Translations under genes and position numbers: made by a program
Part shown: piece after piece, positions 48,749 through 58,501 of the stretch
Position numbering within the stretch: the first letter of the stretch is position 1
How the letters are laid out: the number at the start of each line of letters is the position of its first letter
Assembly: GCA_910577815.1 (NCBI GenBank)
Contig: CAJTNO010000002.1
Span: 192,985-256,984 of the forward strand
From: an uncultured Christensenella sp.
GTDB lineage: Bacteria; Bacillota; Clostridia; Christensenellales; CAG-917
Length of the DNA: 64,000 bases
Direction of reading: 5' to 3'
Notes under the pieces: generated by a model
What the model was told of the DNA's origin: nothing
The model's input: the letters and a program-made list of their open reading frames with translations, nothing else
The model's database searches: none

Positions 48749-49833
48749 TTAATAAGCCCCGAAATAAAGGAATAGAGCCAGTAAGCAATAGACAGTCCGA
48801 GCGCAATCCAAACACCTATCATAGGCTGCGCTTTGCCGCGATAATCCACCTCGTTTGCGCGCGTAAGCACTCTTGTAGTCCTTTTCCAGCCGCTCTTTTT
48901 GAAGAGAGAACCGAAGTATTTAAAAAAGTCCTTAACGGGATTGGTCTTCACGTTTTCGGGAAGTATCGCGGTAATCGTAAACTCGTCGTAAACTATTCCC
49001 TCATCGGTAACCCTGTACTCGCCGCGCTTGTCGCCGAGTCTGCTCAAAATAAAGAAAAGCAATACCAGAAGGAAAATTCCTATTAAAACGCTCGCCGCGC
49101 CCGTAAGCCAGTTGAAATAGCCCAACTGAACAGATATATCTTCCACCTGAGGAATATATAAGGATAATGTTATACTTATAAAATTATTAAAGAAATGTAC
49201 AAGAACCGTCATCCATAGCGAGCCAGTAAGTATAAGAGTGATAGCCATTGTCACGCCGAGACCGAATTGGTGAACCGTCTGCACAGGATTTGAGTGCATA
49301 AGACTGAAGAACAGCGCGGACATAAGAATACCGAACCATACGTTTTTGGTGCTTAATCCGTGCAATACGTGACCGCGCATCAACAGCTCCTCGCCGAACG
49401 CGGGCAATATCGCCATAACGAATAGTGCAAGAAAATATATGCCTACGTTGCCGCCGCCCGGCATAGCCACGCCCGATTTTGTCGGGTATCCTATAATGTT
49501 CAAAAATGAAATCCAGGCGTTGGCAAGCGGAAGAAATACAAGAATCGTCGCTATTGCTATAAACGGAGCAAGTATGAACTGTCTTGCGTCGCGCGGTCTG
49601 CGTATTCTTGCAATGCTTATCTCGTCCAAACGACGCACCTTTGCATAAATGAGAACGCTTGCAAAAAATGCTGCCTGCATAAGCGTGTAGCCTACCCAAT
49701 CCAACACTCGCATTCCTCCGAATGCAATGTCCCTTGGGATTAAAAGCGATATAAACATAGATATCAACGAGCCTGCGCAGAGTGCTATAAGATATATCGA
49801 CGAGCTTTCACTTGCTCCTATGGTTTTTCTCAT
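48745..49833 (-). CDS. CPBP-family intramembrane glutamic endopeptidase (paralog, with C-terminal extension)
   Basis: 362 aa. Motifs GEELLMRG, FSLMHSN and HFFNN. Confidence 0.85.
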   Translation of the reverse strand: MRKTIGASESSSIYLIALCAGSLISMFISLLIPRDIAFGGMRVLDWVGYTLMQAAFFASVLIYAKVRRLDEISIARIRRPRDARQFILAPFIAIATILVFLPLANAWISFLNIIGYPTKSGVAMPGGGNVGIYFLALFVMAILPAFGEELLMRGHVLHGLSTKNVWFGILMSALFFSLMHSNPVQTVHQFGLGVTMAITLILTGSLWMTVLVHFFNNFISITLSLYIPQVEDISVQLGYFNWLTGAASVLIGIFLLVLLFFILSRLGDKRGEYRVTDEGIVYDEFTITAILPENVKTNPVKDFFKYFGSLFKKSGWKRTTRVLTRANEVDYRGKAQPMIGVWIALGLSIAYWLYSFISGLIK

Positions 49834-50609
49834 TCTATTTCAAATACCTCGCTTTTACGGTTTTGATGCGCTATATGCAGGGAAATATTGCTGTCCCCCA
49901 TATTTTCAAGCGCGTCGCGCACGGTGTCGAACGCGCACTGCTCGGTGTTGTTGTTTTCGCTTATATGCCCGAGCAGAAGATGCTTTATGCTGCTCTGTCC
50001 GCTAAGATGCGCGACGAGCCTCGCGGTTGCGTCGTTGGACAGGTGACCTCTGTCCGAGAGTATACGCGACTTAAGCATAGGCGGATATTTACCCTCTTTA
50101 AGCATAGTCACGTCGTGATTGGACTCGAGCAGCACCACCTCGCTGTCCTTGATATTGCGCAAAACCCCTCGGGTGGGAATGCCTATATCCGTAGCCACGC
50201 TGCATCTCGCGCGCCCCGAGCAGAGCGTGTATGCAAGCGGATAGGCGGCGTCGTGCGGAATTCTGAACGGCTCAACATCGATATCGCCTACCGAAAAGCC
50301 GCCCTCGTAATTCTCCACGTCGGCGACGTTTTTAAGCGCGCACTGTCTGTCGTATATCGCCTTCAGCGTGAACGGATGGGCGTATATTTTACAATCCTCG
50401 CAGAGCCTGGGCAGAGCTCTTACGTGGTCGGTATGCTCGTGGGTAATCACCACTCCGTCGAGCATAGAGGGCTTAAGCCCCAAATCCTCAAGCTCGTCGC
50501 AAAGCCGCGTATAGGAAATGCCTGCGTCAACCAGCAACGCGGATTTATCGGACATTATCAGCGTGGCATTGCCCTTGCTGCCACTTGCGAGCGATATAAG
50601 CTTTAACAT
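49830..50609 (-). CDS. MBL-fold metallo-hydrolase, YycJ/WalJ-like
   Basis: 259 aa. LASGSKGNATL, ITHEHTDH and a C-terminal LGHIS pattern. Confidence 0.85.
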   Translation of the reverse strand: MLKLISLASGSKGNATLIMSDKSALLVDAGISYTRLCDELEDLGLKPSMLDGVVITHEHTDHVRALPRLCEDCKIYAHPFTLKAIYDRQCALKNVADVENYEGGFSVGDIDVEPFRIPHDAAYPLAYTLCSGRARCSVATDIGIPTRGVLRNIKDSEVVLLESNHDVTMLKEGKYPPMLKSRILSDRGHLSNDATARLVAHLSGQSSIKHLLLGHISENNNTEQCAFDTVRDALENMGDSNISLHIAHQNRKSEVFEIE

Positions 50610-50623
50610 CTTTTACTACAGTT

Positions 50624-50652
50624 AAAAAAAAGGAGCGCGCCCTCGCGCTCCT
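50624..50652 (-). terminator. rho-independent terminator after the zinc-ribbon/membrane-protein operon
   Basis: aggagcgcg-ccct-cgcgctcct hairpin followed on the minus strand by T8. Confidence 0.8.
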
Positions 50653-50661
50653 CTTGAGTTT

Positions 50662-51519
50662 TTATATTTCCGAGCCGCGTCTTATCCGCTGCTCCTCCCT
50701 GTCCTCCCTGCGGTTGAGCAGTACGGAGAAGATAACGGTAAGCAGGAAATTGAACGCGCTTACCGAAAGCATTACAAGCAAGCCGATGTTTTCATCCGCA
50801 ATGAACCCGCCCTGTACGATATCGTAGACGAGTATGCCTATAAAGCAGCCCATATTGAGGAATGAAAGTATCGGAGAAATGGGCTTCGGATATTTGCCTA
50901 TAATTATGCCGAGCGCGGTAAGCACAACCTGTATGCCCGCAAGTCCCATAACTATGACGTATATCAGATTGAATACGTCCGCCTCTATGTCGAAGCCACC
51001 TGCTATCCAAATCTTTATTATGCCTATTACGTCGAAGCCCGCTATTTCCATAACGCCTATATTTGTCATCTTGTAGGACAGGAAGAAGGGAAGAATAAAC
51101 AGCGCGGTAACGATGAAGGACACAAACGAGAATATCCTCGGGAAGGATGTCTTTCTCTTTTTCCTTACGGCTTTTCTGCGCTCGACGGTATCGAAGGAGG
51201 TATCCTCGCCGTAACTCTCCTCCTCTGCGCTCTCGTAGCCGCCCTGCCTTGAATCCGTGCGCAAGACGTTGCTGTCCTGCGTCATATACGGCACGACCGC
51301 GAGAGGCACGACTATCGGCTGAAGCTGTATGGTATTGTGCTTGGGCGCGACGATAGGCACGGGACCGCCTATGCCGACCTGTTTCATAACGGTTACGTCT
51401 GCGCCGACGTCAAGCTGCGGAGAACCGTAGGCGTCCGCCTCGTATAACGGCTCGCCGTCCGCCATATCGACGGTGATAGGCTCGTCCTGAATGACGACTT
51501 CCTGATGCTTTCTTGACAT
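50662..51519 (-). CDS. hypothetical membrane protein (soluble N-terminal region plus about 5 TM helices)
   Basis: 285 aa. The N-terminal region contains LQPIVVPLAVVPYMTQDS. A basic stretch RKKRKTS precedes the TM bundle. Same architecture as the upstream gene. Confidence 0.6.
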   Translation of the reverse strand: MSRKHQEVVIQDEPITVDMADGEPLYEADAYGSPQLDVGADVTVMKQVGIGGPVPIVAPKHNTIQLQPIVVPLAVVPYMTQDSNVLRTDSRQGGYESAEEESYGEDTSFDTVERRKAVRKKRKTSFPRIFSFVSFIVTALFILPFFLSYKMTNIGVMEIAGFDVIGIIKIWIAGGFDIEADVFNLIYVIVMGLAGIQVVLTALGIIIGKYPKPISPILSFLNMGCFIGILVYDIVQGGFIADENIGLLVMLSVSAFNFLLTVIFSVLLNRREDREEQRIRRGSEI

Positions 51520-51543
51520 AAATACCTCCTGTAATGCCGCTGC

Positions 51544-52329
51544 TTATCCGAGATAACCGTATCTGTCCGAGTCTATAAGCGTACAGATAAGCGACACTAT
51601 AAAGTATCCCGCGGCGAATACCACAAGCGAGAACAGCTCGCTTGTTTTAAAGCCGCGGATAAAATCGTTTATAAAATCTATCTTTTCAATGCCCACTGCC
51701 TCCGCGCCGACCAAGGAGGTGATAAACACCGCAAGTACGGCTAAGAGATATACTCCCGCATTGGCGGTGTATTTGACGGGCTTATATGTTCCGAGTATGG
51801 AAAACAGAGCTTTGAACAGGTTTATAGCAAGGAATAGAATTCCCGCAAGCAGCACGATGTCGGGGATAACCGCAATCCAGATAACGCGCACCGATTCGCC
51901 CGACCAGCCGAGCTGCGCCGTAGCCTTAAACGCCTCTACGATATTGTGTATAGCCGCAAACCTTCTCGGCACGTATCTGAACGGGAAATCCTCCAGCCAT
52001 ACGCCCGTAGCACTGAGTATATAGGGCAGAATAAGCACGGTTGTGATAAGCAGCATAATGACGCCGATAATCATATTTTTACTGCGCTTACGCCTTTTCC
52101 ACTTCTTGCTGATGTCCTCGGTTTTGGGCTGGAAATCGTTTGCGGTGCTTGCCTCGCGGGAGAATTCGTTGTCCTCCTGCTCCTCAACCTCTATTCTCGG
52201 AGTTATCACAAACTCCTGCTTAATCGTAGGCATAACGTGACAACTCGAATTATGTATAGGCGTAGGCGCGAGGCGTATGCCCGCGTCGTCGACTCCCCTA
52301 TTTTTGATTTTAAATTTTTCGTCTGCCAT
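51544..52329 (-). CDS. hypothetical membrane protein, same architecture as 50662-51519
   Basis: 261 aa. KRRKRSKN followed by IIGVIMLLITTVLILPYILS parallels KKRKTSFPRIFSFVSFIVTALFILPFFLS in the downstream gene. Confidence 0.6.
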   Translation of the reverse strand: MADEKFKIKNRGVDDAGIRLAPTPIHNSSCHVMPTIKQEFVITPRIEVEEQEDNEFSREASTANDFQPKTEDISKKWKRRKRSKNMIIGVIMLLITTVLILPYILSATGVWLEDFPFRYVPRRFAAIHNIVEAFKATAQLGWSGESVRVIWIAVIPDIVLLAGILFLAINLFKALFSILGTYKPVKYTANAGVYLLAVLAVFITSLVGAEAVGIEKIDFINDFIRGFKTSELFSLVVFAAGYFIVSLICTLIDSDRYGYLG

Positions 52330-52365
52330 TTAAACCTCGTTTACAGTAGCCTATAGGCTAAGCTG

Positions 52366-53613
52366 TCAGATTCTGTTTCTTCTGTCGCGCCTTCCGTGCG
52401 AAGCGGATTTCGGCGCGGGCTGCTCGCTCTGCTCCGGCTGAACGGGCTGTCTTTCGGTAACCTCGGGAGAATACTGCATAAGCGGCTGCTCCTGAGTCAC
52501 GTAGGGCACGAACGCCACGGGCTGAACGATAGGAGGCATCTGTCTGCGCTGCTCCTCCTGATAATAGTAAGCCGCGCTGTCCTGAGGTGTCGGCTGCGCG
52601 CCCTGCTGAGCGGGAGCGCTCTGCGGATAGGGATACGGCGGCTGATAAGGAGGATAGCCGTAAGGCGCAAACGGAGGATAGGGATAGCCGTAAAACGGCG
52701 GACGTCCCGAGAAATCCGCGGGCGGCTCCTTTTTCTCCTGCTCCTCGGGCTTTGCGGTCGTTTCGGACTGCTCGGGCGCGGGATTCTTAAGCTGCGCCTC
52801 GAACTCCTCGAGCGTAGGTATTTTATCGCGCTTCAAATCCTCCTCGGGCGCGGGAATTATGCGTTGCTTGCGCTTGACGGGCGGGCTTTGCTTTATCTTG
52901 TTTTTTGCAAGCAGCAAAAGCGCGCGCGCCTTATTGCGTCCGCAGTTTGTGCAGGCGGTTGCGGTAAGCGGATTTATCGTTCCGCAAGCGGGACACACAT
53001 AGGTTTCGGTTTCTATATCGTCCTCGTCTATCTGCGAATAAGGGTCCGCGTAATAGCGCGAATAATCCTTTAAGGACACGGACATCTTCTTTAAAAGCTC
53101 CACGTCCTCGGCACCGAGCTCGTTTATCTTGTTTTTGTACGCCTCGAGAGTGCTGAGCTTATGCGAATAATCCTCCTCGCATTTCTGCTTATAATGCTCT
53201 ACCTCGAGCATAGCCTCTTCCTTTTCCTCGGCAACCCTCGCGCGCTTTTTTGCAATCTCTTTATCTACCGCCGCCATTCTGTCGCGCTCCATAGTGTCAA
53301 GACGCTTCTTGGTCTTGCGAGCGTCGAGCATATCGTTATCGGAGTGCGTTTCGCTGTCCAGATTTATGGGCGCGCCGCAGGATACGCAATACTTTGCGCC
53401 CGGCAGATTTTTAGCTCCGCAAACCGCGCAAACGGGCTTGCGCATAACGGAAAGAATACCGCCGCAGCTTGCGCAGTATCTGCTGCCCGCGCCGTTTTTT
53501 GCGCCGCATATGGGACAAACGGTTTCGTAGTTTTCAACTACGTCCGCTCCGCATTTAATACAAAATGCCTGTCCCTGTTTTACTTCGTTTCCGCAAATCT
53601 TACAAACGAACAT
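52366..53613 (-). CDS. multi-zinc-ribbon protein with coiled coil and a Pro/Tyr-rich C-terminal region
   Basis: 415 aa. Four N-terminal CxxC...CxxC ribbons (CKICG..CIKCG, CPICG..CASCG, CAVCG..CVSCG), a coiled coil, a fifth ribbon (CPACG..CTNCG), then YGYPYPPFAPYGYPPYQPPYPYP. ATAGGAG RBS. Confidence 0.7.
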   Translation of the reverse strand: MFVCKICGNEVKQGQAFCIKCGADVVENYETVCPICGAKNGAGSRYCASCGGILSVMRKPVCAVCGAKNLPGAKYCVSCGAPINLDSETHSDNDMLDARKTKKRLDTMERDRMAAVDKEIAKKRARVAEEKEEAMLEVEHYKQKCEEDYSHKLSTLEAYKNKINELGAEDVELLKKMSVSLKDYSRYYADPYSQIDEDDIETETYVCPACGTINPLTATACTNCGRNKARALLLLAKNKIKQSPPVKRKQRIIPAPEEDLKRDKIPTLEEFEAQLKNPAPEQSETTAKPEEQEKKEPPADFSGRPPFYGYPYPPFAPYGYPPYQPPYPYPQSAPAQQGAQPTPQDSAAYYYQEEQRRQMPPIVQPVAFVPYVTQEQPLMQYSPEVTERQPVQPEQSEQPAPKSASHGRRDRRNRI

Positions 53614-53744
53614 ATCTTTGCTCCTATATTTGTGTACGTCGCGTACTTTACCATTTCCGGTCTTGCAGTTCCCTTGAGCGTCGTGAACTTCTCTTTTACG
53701 CCGACATAATTATCTTTGCACACAAGGCGTGACAGTCGACGCAA

Positions 53745-55361
53745 TTATTTTACTTTATAGCTATCTTTTAGTCCGACAATGCTGTTAAACTCGTTATCCC
53801 CGTTACGCTTGATAAAGTAACCCTCTCTCAAAAACTGAAAGCGTGTATGCACGGGCGCTTCCGCAACAAGTCGCTCCGCCTTGCCGTTAAGCACCGTGAG
53901 CGAATTGGGATTAAGTCTGTCCATATAATCCCCGTCGCCGTCCTCAATCAGATAATCGAACATATTGAGCGTGACGTCCGCGCAATCAAGAGCGTTTACC
54001 CAGTGTATGGTTCCCTTGACCTTCATATTGGCGCCTTCCTCTCCCGATTTCGTTCCCTCGATATAATCGACGTGAACGGCGGATACGTTGCCCTCGCTGT
54101 CAAGCTCGCTGCTCTTGTATTTCACGATATAAGCGCCCTTGAGCCTTACTATTCCGTCGGGCTTCAGACGGAAATACTTGGGCGGAGGATTGAGTGAGAA
54201 ATCGTCCTGCTCGATATAAAGCTCCCTCGAGAAGCTGACTCCGTGAACGCCCGCGTTCTCCTGCTGAGGATTGTTTTCTATATACATCGTTTCGGTCTTA
54301 CCCTCGGGATAGTTGTCTATTATAAGCTTAAGCGGCTTTGTTACAACCATAGCTCGCGCGGCGTTTGCGTTTAAATCCTCGCGAACGCAATGCTCCAGTA
54401 TGGAGATATCAACCTCGCTGTCCGCCTTTGCAACGCCTATGCGAGCGCAGAAATCGCGGATTGCCGCAGGGGTATAGCCTCTCTCTCTTATGCCCGAAAG
54501 CGTGGAAAGACGGGGGTCGTCCCAGCCCCAGACGATATTTTCGTCCACAAGCTTTTTGATAAAACGCTTACTCATAACGGTATGGGTAAGATTGAGTCTT
54601 GCAAACTCTATCTGCCTCGGGCGCGGATTGAAGCCGCAGTTCAGCGTAACCCAATCATACAGCGGACGGTGATTTTCAAACTCGAGCGAGCACAGCGAGT
54701 GGGATATACCCTCTATCGCGTCCTCTATGGGATGCGCGAAGTCGTACATCGGATAGATGCACCACTTGTCGCCCGTGTGCGGATGCGTCGCGTGGCAAAT
54801 GCGGTAAATTACGGGGTCGCGCATATTTATGTTGGGCGACGACATATCGATTTTTGCGCGGAGCACCTTTTCGCCGTCGGCAAACTCGCCCGCTCTCATA
54901 CGCTCGAAAAGCTCTAAATTCTCCTTAACGCTTCTGTTTCTGTACGGGCTTTCCGTTCCCGGCACGGAGAAGCTTCCGCGCATCGCGCTTATCTCGTCCG
55001 CGCTGAGGTCGCACACGTACGCCTTTCCGTCCCCGATAAGCTTTATGGCGCACTCGTACATTCTCTCGAAATAATCGCTCGCGTTATAAAGTCCGTCCCA
55101 CTTGAAGCCGAGCCATTCGATATCGCGCTTTATGCTCTCCATATACTCCACGTCCTCCTTTGCGGGATTGGTGTCGTCAAAGCGGAGATTGCAGGTGCCG
55201 TTGTACTTTTCCTTAACGCCGAAGTTTATGCAAAGCGCCTTTGCGTGTCCTATGTGCAGATAGCCGTTAGGCTCCGGAGGGAACCTCGTAACTATTTCGT
55301 TTACCTTGCCGTCGGCAAGGTCTTTTTCGATAAATTCCTCTATAAAATTCTTAGCTTCCAT
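53745..55361 (-). CDS. glnS: glutamine--tRNA ligase
   Basis: 538 aa. Class I motifs PEPNGYLHIGHAK (HIGH) and VMSKR (KMSKS), plus a GlnRS-type C-terminal beta-barrel region. Confidence 0.9.
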   Translation of the reverse strand: MEAKNFIEEFIEKDLADGKVNEIVTRFPPEPNGYLHIGHAKALCINFGVKEKYNGTCNLRFDDTNPAKEDVEYMESIKRDIEWLGFKWDGLYNASDYFERMYECAIKLIGDGKAYVCDLSADEISAMRGSFSVPGTESPYRNRSVKENLELFERMRAGEFADGEKVLRAKIDMSSPNINMRDPVIYRICHATHPHTGDKWCIYPMYDFAHPIEDAIEGISHSLCSLEFENHRPLYDWVTLNCGFNPRPRQIEFARLNLTHTVMSKRFIKKLVDENIVWGWDDPRLSTLSGIRERGYTPAAIRDFCARIGVAKADSEVDISILEHCVREDLNANAARAMVVTKPLKLIIDNYPEGKTETMYIENNPQQENAGVHGVSFSRELYIEQDDFSLNPPPKYFRLKPDGIVRLKGAYIVKYKSSELDSEGNVSAVHVDYIEGTKSGEEGANMKVKGTIHWVNALDCADVTLNMFDYLIEDGDGDYMDRLNPNSLTVLNGKAERLVAEAPVHTRFQFLREGYFIKRNGDNEFNSIVGLKDSYKVK

Positions 55362-55362
55362 A

Positions 55363-55749
55363 TCAATTCTTCCGTCCTCCGCACATATAGTGCAGATTTA
55401 CGTCCCTCGAGTATATTTCCATATTGCCGCCGACCTCTTTAAAGCCGAACCTTTCAAACTCCTCTCTTTTGCCCTCTATGCGCAGCTTTACGGGCGCGCC
55501 CTCGATTAGCTTAAAGAACATCGCGTGCAGAAAGAAGGTTTTATCCCCCTCCTCCACACACGGAGCAAAGTGTATTTTTTCTATCACTCCTACAGGCTCG
55601 TCCTCTATCGCTATCTGCATACGCCAAAGAGCTACGGGAGAAGCTTCGTCGTACATAACGAAGTTACTGCCGAACGGCTCGCCCTCCACGCCGAGAACTC
55701 GATAGATATCCGCCGCCTCGGAGCTGTTTACATATTTCACGGTCAGCAT
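55363..55749 (-). CDS. hypothetical small protein (possibly a GNAT-like fold)
   Basis: 128 aa. Ends 1 nt before the glnS start. C-terminal ..FERFGFKEV.. resembles GNAT tails. No SD. Promoter-like TTGACA-17-TATTAT ends 11 nt upstream of the ATG. Confidence 0.45.
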   Translation of the reverse strand: MLTVKYVNSSEAADIYRVLGVEGEPFGSNFVMYDEASPVALWRMQIAIEDEPVGVIEKIHFAPCVEEGDKTFFLHAMFFKLIEGAPVKLRIEGKREEFERFGFKEVGGNMEIYSRDVNLHYMCGGRKN

Positions 55750-55842
55750 AGTTATAAATAATAATATAGCTAAAACAGGGTAATGTCAAGCGACGCACGC
55801 AAGCGCGCGGGTGTAAATTTCTGGAATGCGTTCAAATCAAAT

Positions 55843-55870
55843 AAAAAAACGGACGGCAAACCGCCGCCGC
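55843..55870 (-). terminator. rho-independent terminator after truA (end of the ecf-truA operon)
   Basis: GC-rich hairpin (ggcggcgg-ttt-gccgtcc) followed by T7 on the minus strand. Confidence 0.7.
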
Positions 55871-55891
55871 CAAAACCGAAATTTTAACCGT

Positions 55892-56704
55892 TCAGTCGTA
55901 TTTTACGCTTATAAGACACAATCCCTTTGCAGGCAGTGTCTTGCCTGCGAGCGTTCTGTCCCCCGAGCTTATCGTCCTCTTTATGTCCTTTGCGCTAAGC
56001 TTGCCCATACCGACGTAAACCAAAGTTCCCGCTATAATACGCACCATATTATACAAAAATCCGTTGCCCGTAACGCTTATATCCACCGTGCAGCCGAATA
56101 TTTTTCCGATGTCTGACCAATCCTTTTCGGCATCCGCATTTGCTTTGAGCACTCCGCTTACGCTGTCTATGGGACTAACGCTTATATCTATGCCGTAAAC
56201 CGTGCGGACCGTATTTTTAATCACGCTCCCGGTCGCCTCGAAGCATTTGAAATCGTGTTCTCCCTCTATGACGTCTGCGGCGGCGCGCATTGCGCCAAGG
56301 TCGAGCGGCACCGCTATATGCTCGTGAGTAGCCTCGAGCAATGGGCGGCGGTGACGGGATAGATACAGCCTGTAGCAGTAGGTCTTGCGCTTTGCCGCAA
56401 ACCGCGCGTTGAAATCGTCGGGAACAGGCTCGCAGAAAAGCATACTTATATCGCCCGGCAGATATGAATTTACCGCAAACGGAATTTTATCCGTAGGAAT
56501 GGAGGTATCGGCGTCGAAGTGAACGACCTGCGCAAGCGCGTGAACGCCCGCGTCCGTACGTCCGCTCGCCGTTACTGAAATGTCCGTCCCGAACGCCTTG
56601 CTCATAGCCTTTTCAAGCGCTTCCTGAACGCTCAGTCCGTTAAGCTGTCTTTGCCAGCCGACGTATGCCGCGCCGAAATAGGAAATTATCGCGGCGTATC
56701 TCAT
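55892..56704 (-). CDS. truA: tRNA pseudouridine(38-40) synthase
   Basis: 270 aa. GRTDAGVHA catalytic Asp motif. Conserved position after ecfT. Confidence 0.95.
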   Translation of the reverse strand: MRYAAIISYFGAAYVGWQRQLNGLSVQEALEKAMSKAFGTDISVTASGRTDAGVHALAQVVHFDADTSIPTDKIPFAVNSYLPGDISMLFCEPVPDDFNARFAAKRKTYCYRLYLSRHRRPLLEATHEHIAVPLDLGAMRAAADVIEGEHDFKCFEATGSVIKNTVRTVYGIDISVSPIDSVSGVLKANADAEKDWSDIGKIFGCTVDISVTGNGFLYNMVRIIAGTLVYVGMGKLSAKDIKRTISSGDRTLAGKTLPAKGLCLISVKYD

Positions 56705-57552
56705 AGCAGGTCTCCGAATATCATAAGGTCTATATCTATGCCCACCGTACGGAAATAATATCTGTCCAGCAAAATCACCGTAGTATATCCTGCGATAAAC
56801 AAAAACGCAATCAGGTCGCCTATGCCAAGCTTTGCCTTTTTCATTTTAGTACGCTTGTCTGTTGCGTTATAGCATCGTGCGTCCATAGCAAACGCAAGCT
56901 CGTCCGCGCGGCGGAAGGAGTTTACAAACAACGGAATCAGTACGGGCAGTAATGCCTTTGCCCTTGCAAAAATACTGCCTGTATCGAAGCTTGCTCCTCT
57001 CGCCTTCTGCGCGGAAATAACCTTGTTTGTTTCCTCAAACAGAGTGGGGATAAATCTTAACGCTATGCTCATAATCATAGCTATATCCCTTACGGGCACC
57101 TTTATCAGCTTAAGCGGCGCCATAAGACTTTCAAGTCCGTCGGCAAGCTCCACGGGAGTTGTGGTAAGCGATAGCAACGACGCGCCAGAAATCAACAAAA
57201 CGAGCCTTAAAACCATCTTTACGGTGGTATGAACTCCCGTTTTTGTTATCATAATAATTCCGCTATGCACTAAAACCTCGCCTTCCTTTATGAAAAACAG
57301 GTTGATAACAGCAGTAAAAACGACTATAAACAATATGCCGCGCACCGACTTAAGCACCGACATTATCGGAAGTCTTGCAAGCAGAATTACAATCAAAAGC
57401 ACCGCGAGCGTAAGCATAAAGCCGAAGTAGGTTTTTATAAAAAATATGGATATAACAAAAAGCAAGGTCAACAAAAGCTTTACCCTTGCGTCAAGCCTAT
57501 GCACGGGTGAGTTTGAGGGATAATACTGTCCGAAGGCAACGTCCTTAAACAT
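56701..57552 (-). CDS. ecfT: energy-coupling factor transporter transmembrane (T) component
   Basis: 283 aa, polytopic. ARG..F.. coupling-helix motifs (QKARGASFD). Synteny ecfA-ecfA'-ecfT-truA. Confidence 0.9.
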   Translation of the reverse strand: MFKDVAFGQYYPSNSPVHRLDARVKLLLTLLFVISIFFIKTYFGFMLTLAVLLIVILLARLPIMSVLKSVRGILFIVVFTAVINLFFIKEGEVLVHSGIIMITKTGVHTTVKMVLRLVLLISGASLLSLTTTPVELADGLESLMAPLKLIKVPVRDIAMIMSIALRFIPTLFEETNKVISAQKARGASFDTGSIFARAKALLPVLIPLFVNSFRRADELAFAMDARCYNATDKRTKMKKAKLGIGDLIAFLFIAGYTTVILLDRYYFRTVGIDIDLMIFGDLL

Positions 57553-58501
57553 CGTCGTCCTCCCCGCTCAGCTCCGATAAGTCATCCTGCTGTGCTTTGC
57601 CGAAATAATCCGATTCTGCGCTTCGCTCCGCTTTAAGCAAGCCGCGCTTACGCAGCTTTTCAAGCTCGCGCGCAAGCTCGTCCATAGTCACTATATCGGA
57701 CGGAAGGTCTATTCCCCTTGCCTTAAGCGTGTCCGTTATACGCGTTGCGGCAGGCAGGTCAAGCCCTGCTTCAGCTATCAACCGACGGTTGCAAAATACC
57801 CGTTTGGGAGAGCCGTCCGCAACTATTTCGCCGTCCTTAAGCGCAATTATCCTGTCCGCCATTGCCGCCATATCGTCCATATTGTGCGACACGGTTATTA
57901 CGGTAGGCGAAATCTCCTTCTGCAGCTTCTTTATAAGCGCGAGTATCTCGCTGCGACCTACGGGGTCCAAGCCCGCAACAGGCTCGTCAAGCACAAGCAC
58001 CCTCGGCTGCATCGCTATCACGCCAGCAATCGCCACGCGCCGTTTTTCTCCGCCGCTCAAATCGAACGGACTGCGCTCGGCAAACTTATCGTATTCAAGC
58101 CCCACTACCTCGAGCGCGCGCCGCACTCTGCGGTCAACCTCGTCCGCCTCAAGCTTCATATTCTTGGGACCGAACGCGACGTCCTTTGCAACCGTATCGC
58201 CAAACAGCTGATATTCGGGATACTGAAATACAAGTCCCACCTCGAAGCGAAGCCTTTTAAGCGTCTTTTTGTCGGTCGCCGACATTCCGTTTACCGCAAC
58301 CGAGCTCTGCTTTTTATCCTGTACCTTTATAAGTCCGTTTAAGTGCTGTATGAGCGTGCTTTTGCCGCTTCCCGTAGCACCGACAAGTCCGATAAACTCG
58401 CCCTCGTCCACGGTCAGATTTATATCCTTTAACGCGCGCTTTTCATAGGGAGTTTTCTTGGAATACGTGAAATTAAGATTTTTTATTTCAATACACGGCA
58501 T
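57545..58501 (-). CDS. ecfA2: energy-coupling factor transporter ATPase (EcfA2) with an acidic C-terminal tail
   Basis: 318 aa. Walker A GATGSGKST, signature LSGGEKRR, Walker B LVLDEP. About 30 extra acidic residues at the C-terminus. Confidence 0.9.
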   Translation of the reverse strand: MPCIEIKNLNFTYSKKTPYEKRALKDINLTVDEGEFIGLVGATGSGKSTLIQHLNGLIKVQDKKQSSVAVNGMSATDKKTLKRLRFEVGLVFQYPEYQLFGDTVAKDVAFGPKNMKLEADEVDRRVRRALEVVGLEYDKFAERSPFDLSGGEKRRVAIAGVIAMQPRVLVLDEPVAGLDPVGRSEILALIKKLQKEISPTVITVSHNMDDMAAMADRIIALKDGEIVADGSPKRVFCNRRLIAEAGLDLPAATRITDTLKARGIDLPSDIVTMDELARELEKLRKRGLLKAERSAESDYFGKAQQDDLSELSGEDDDV

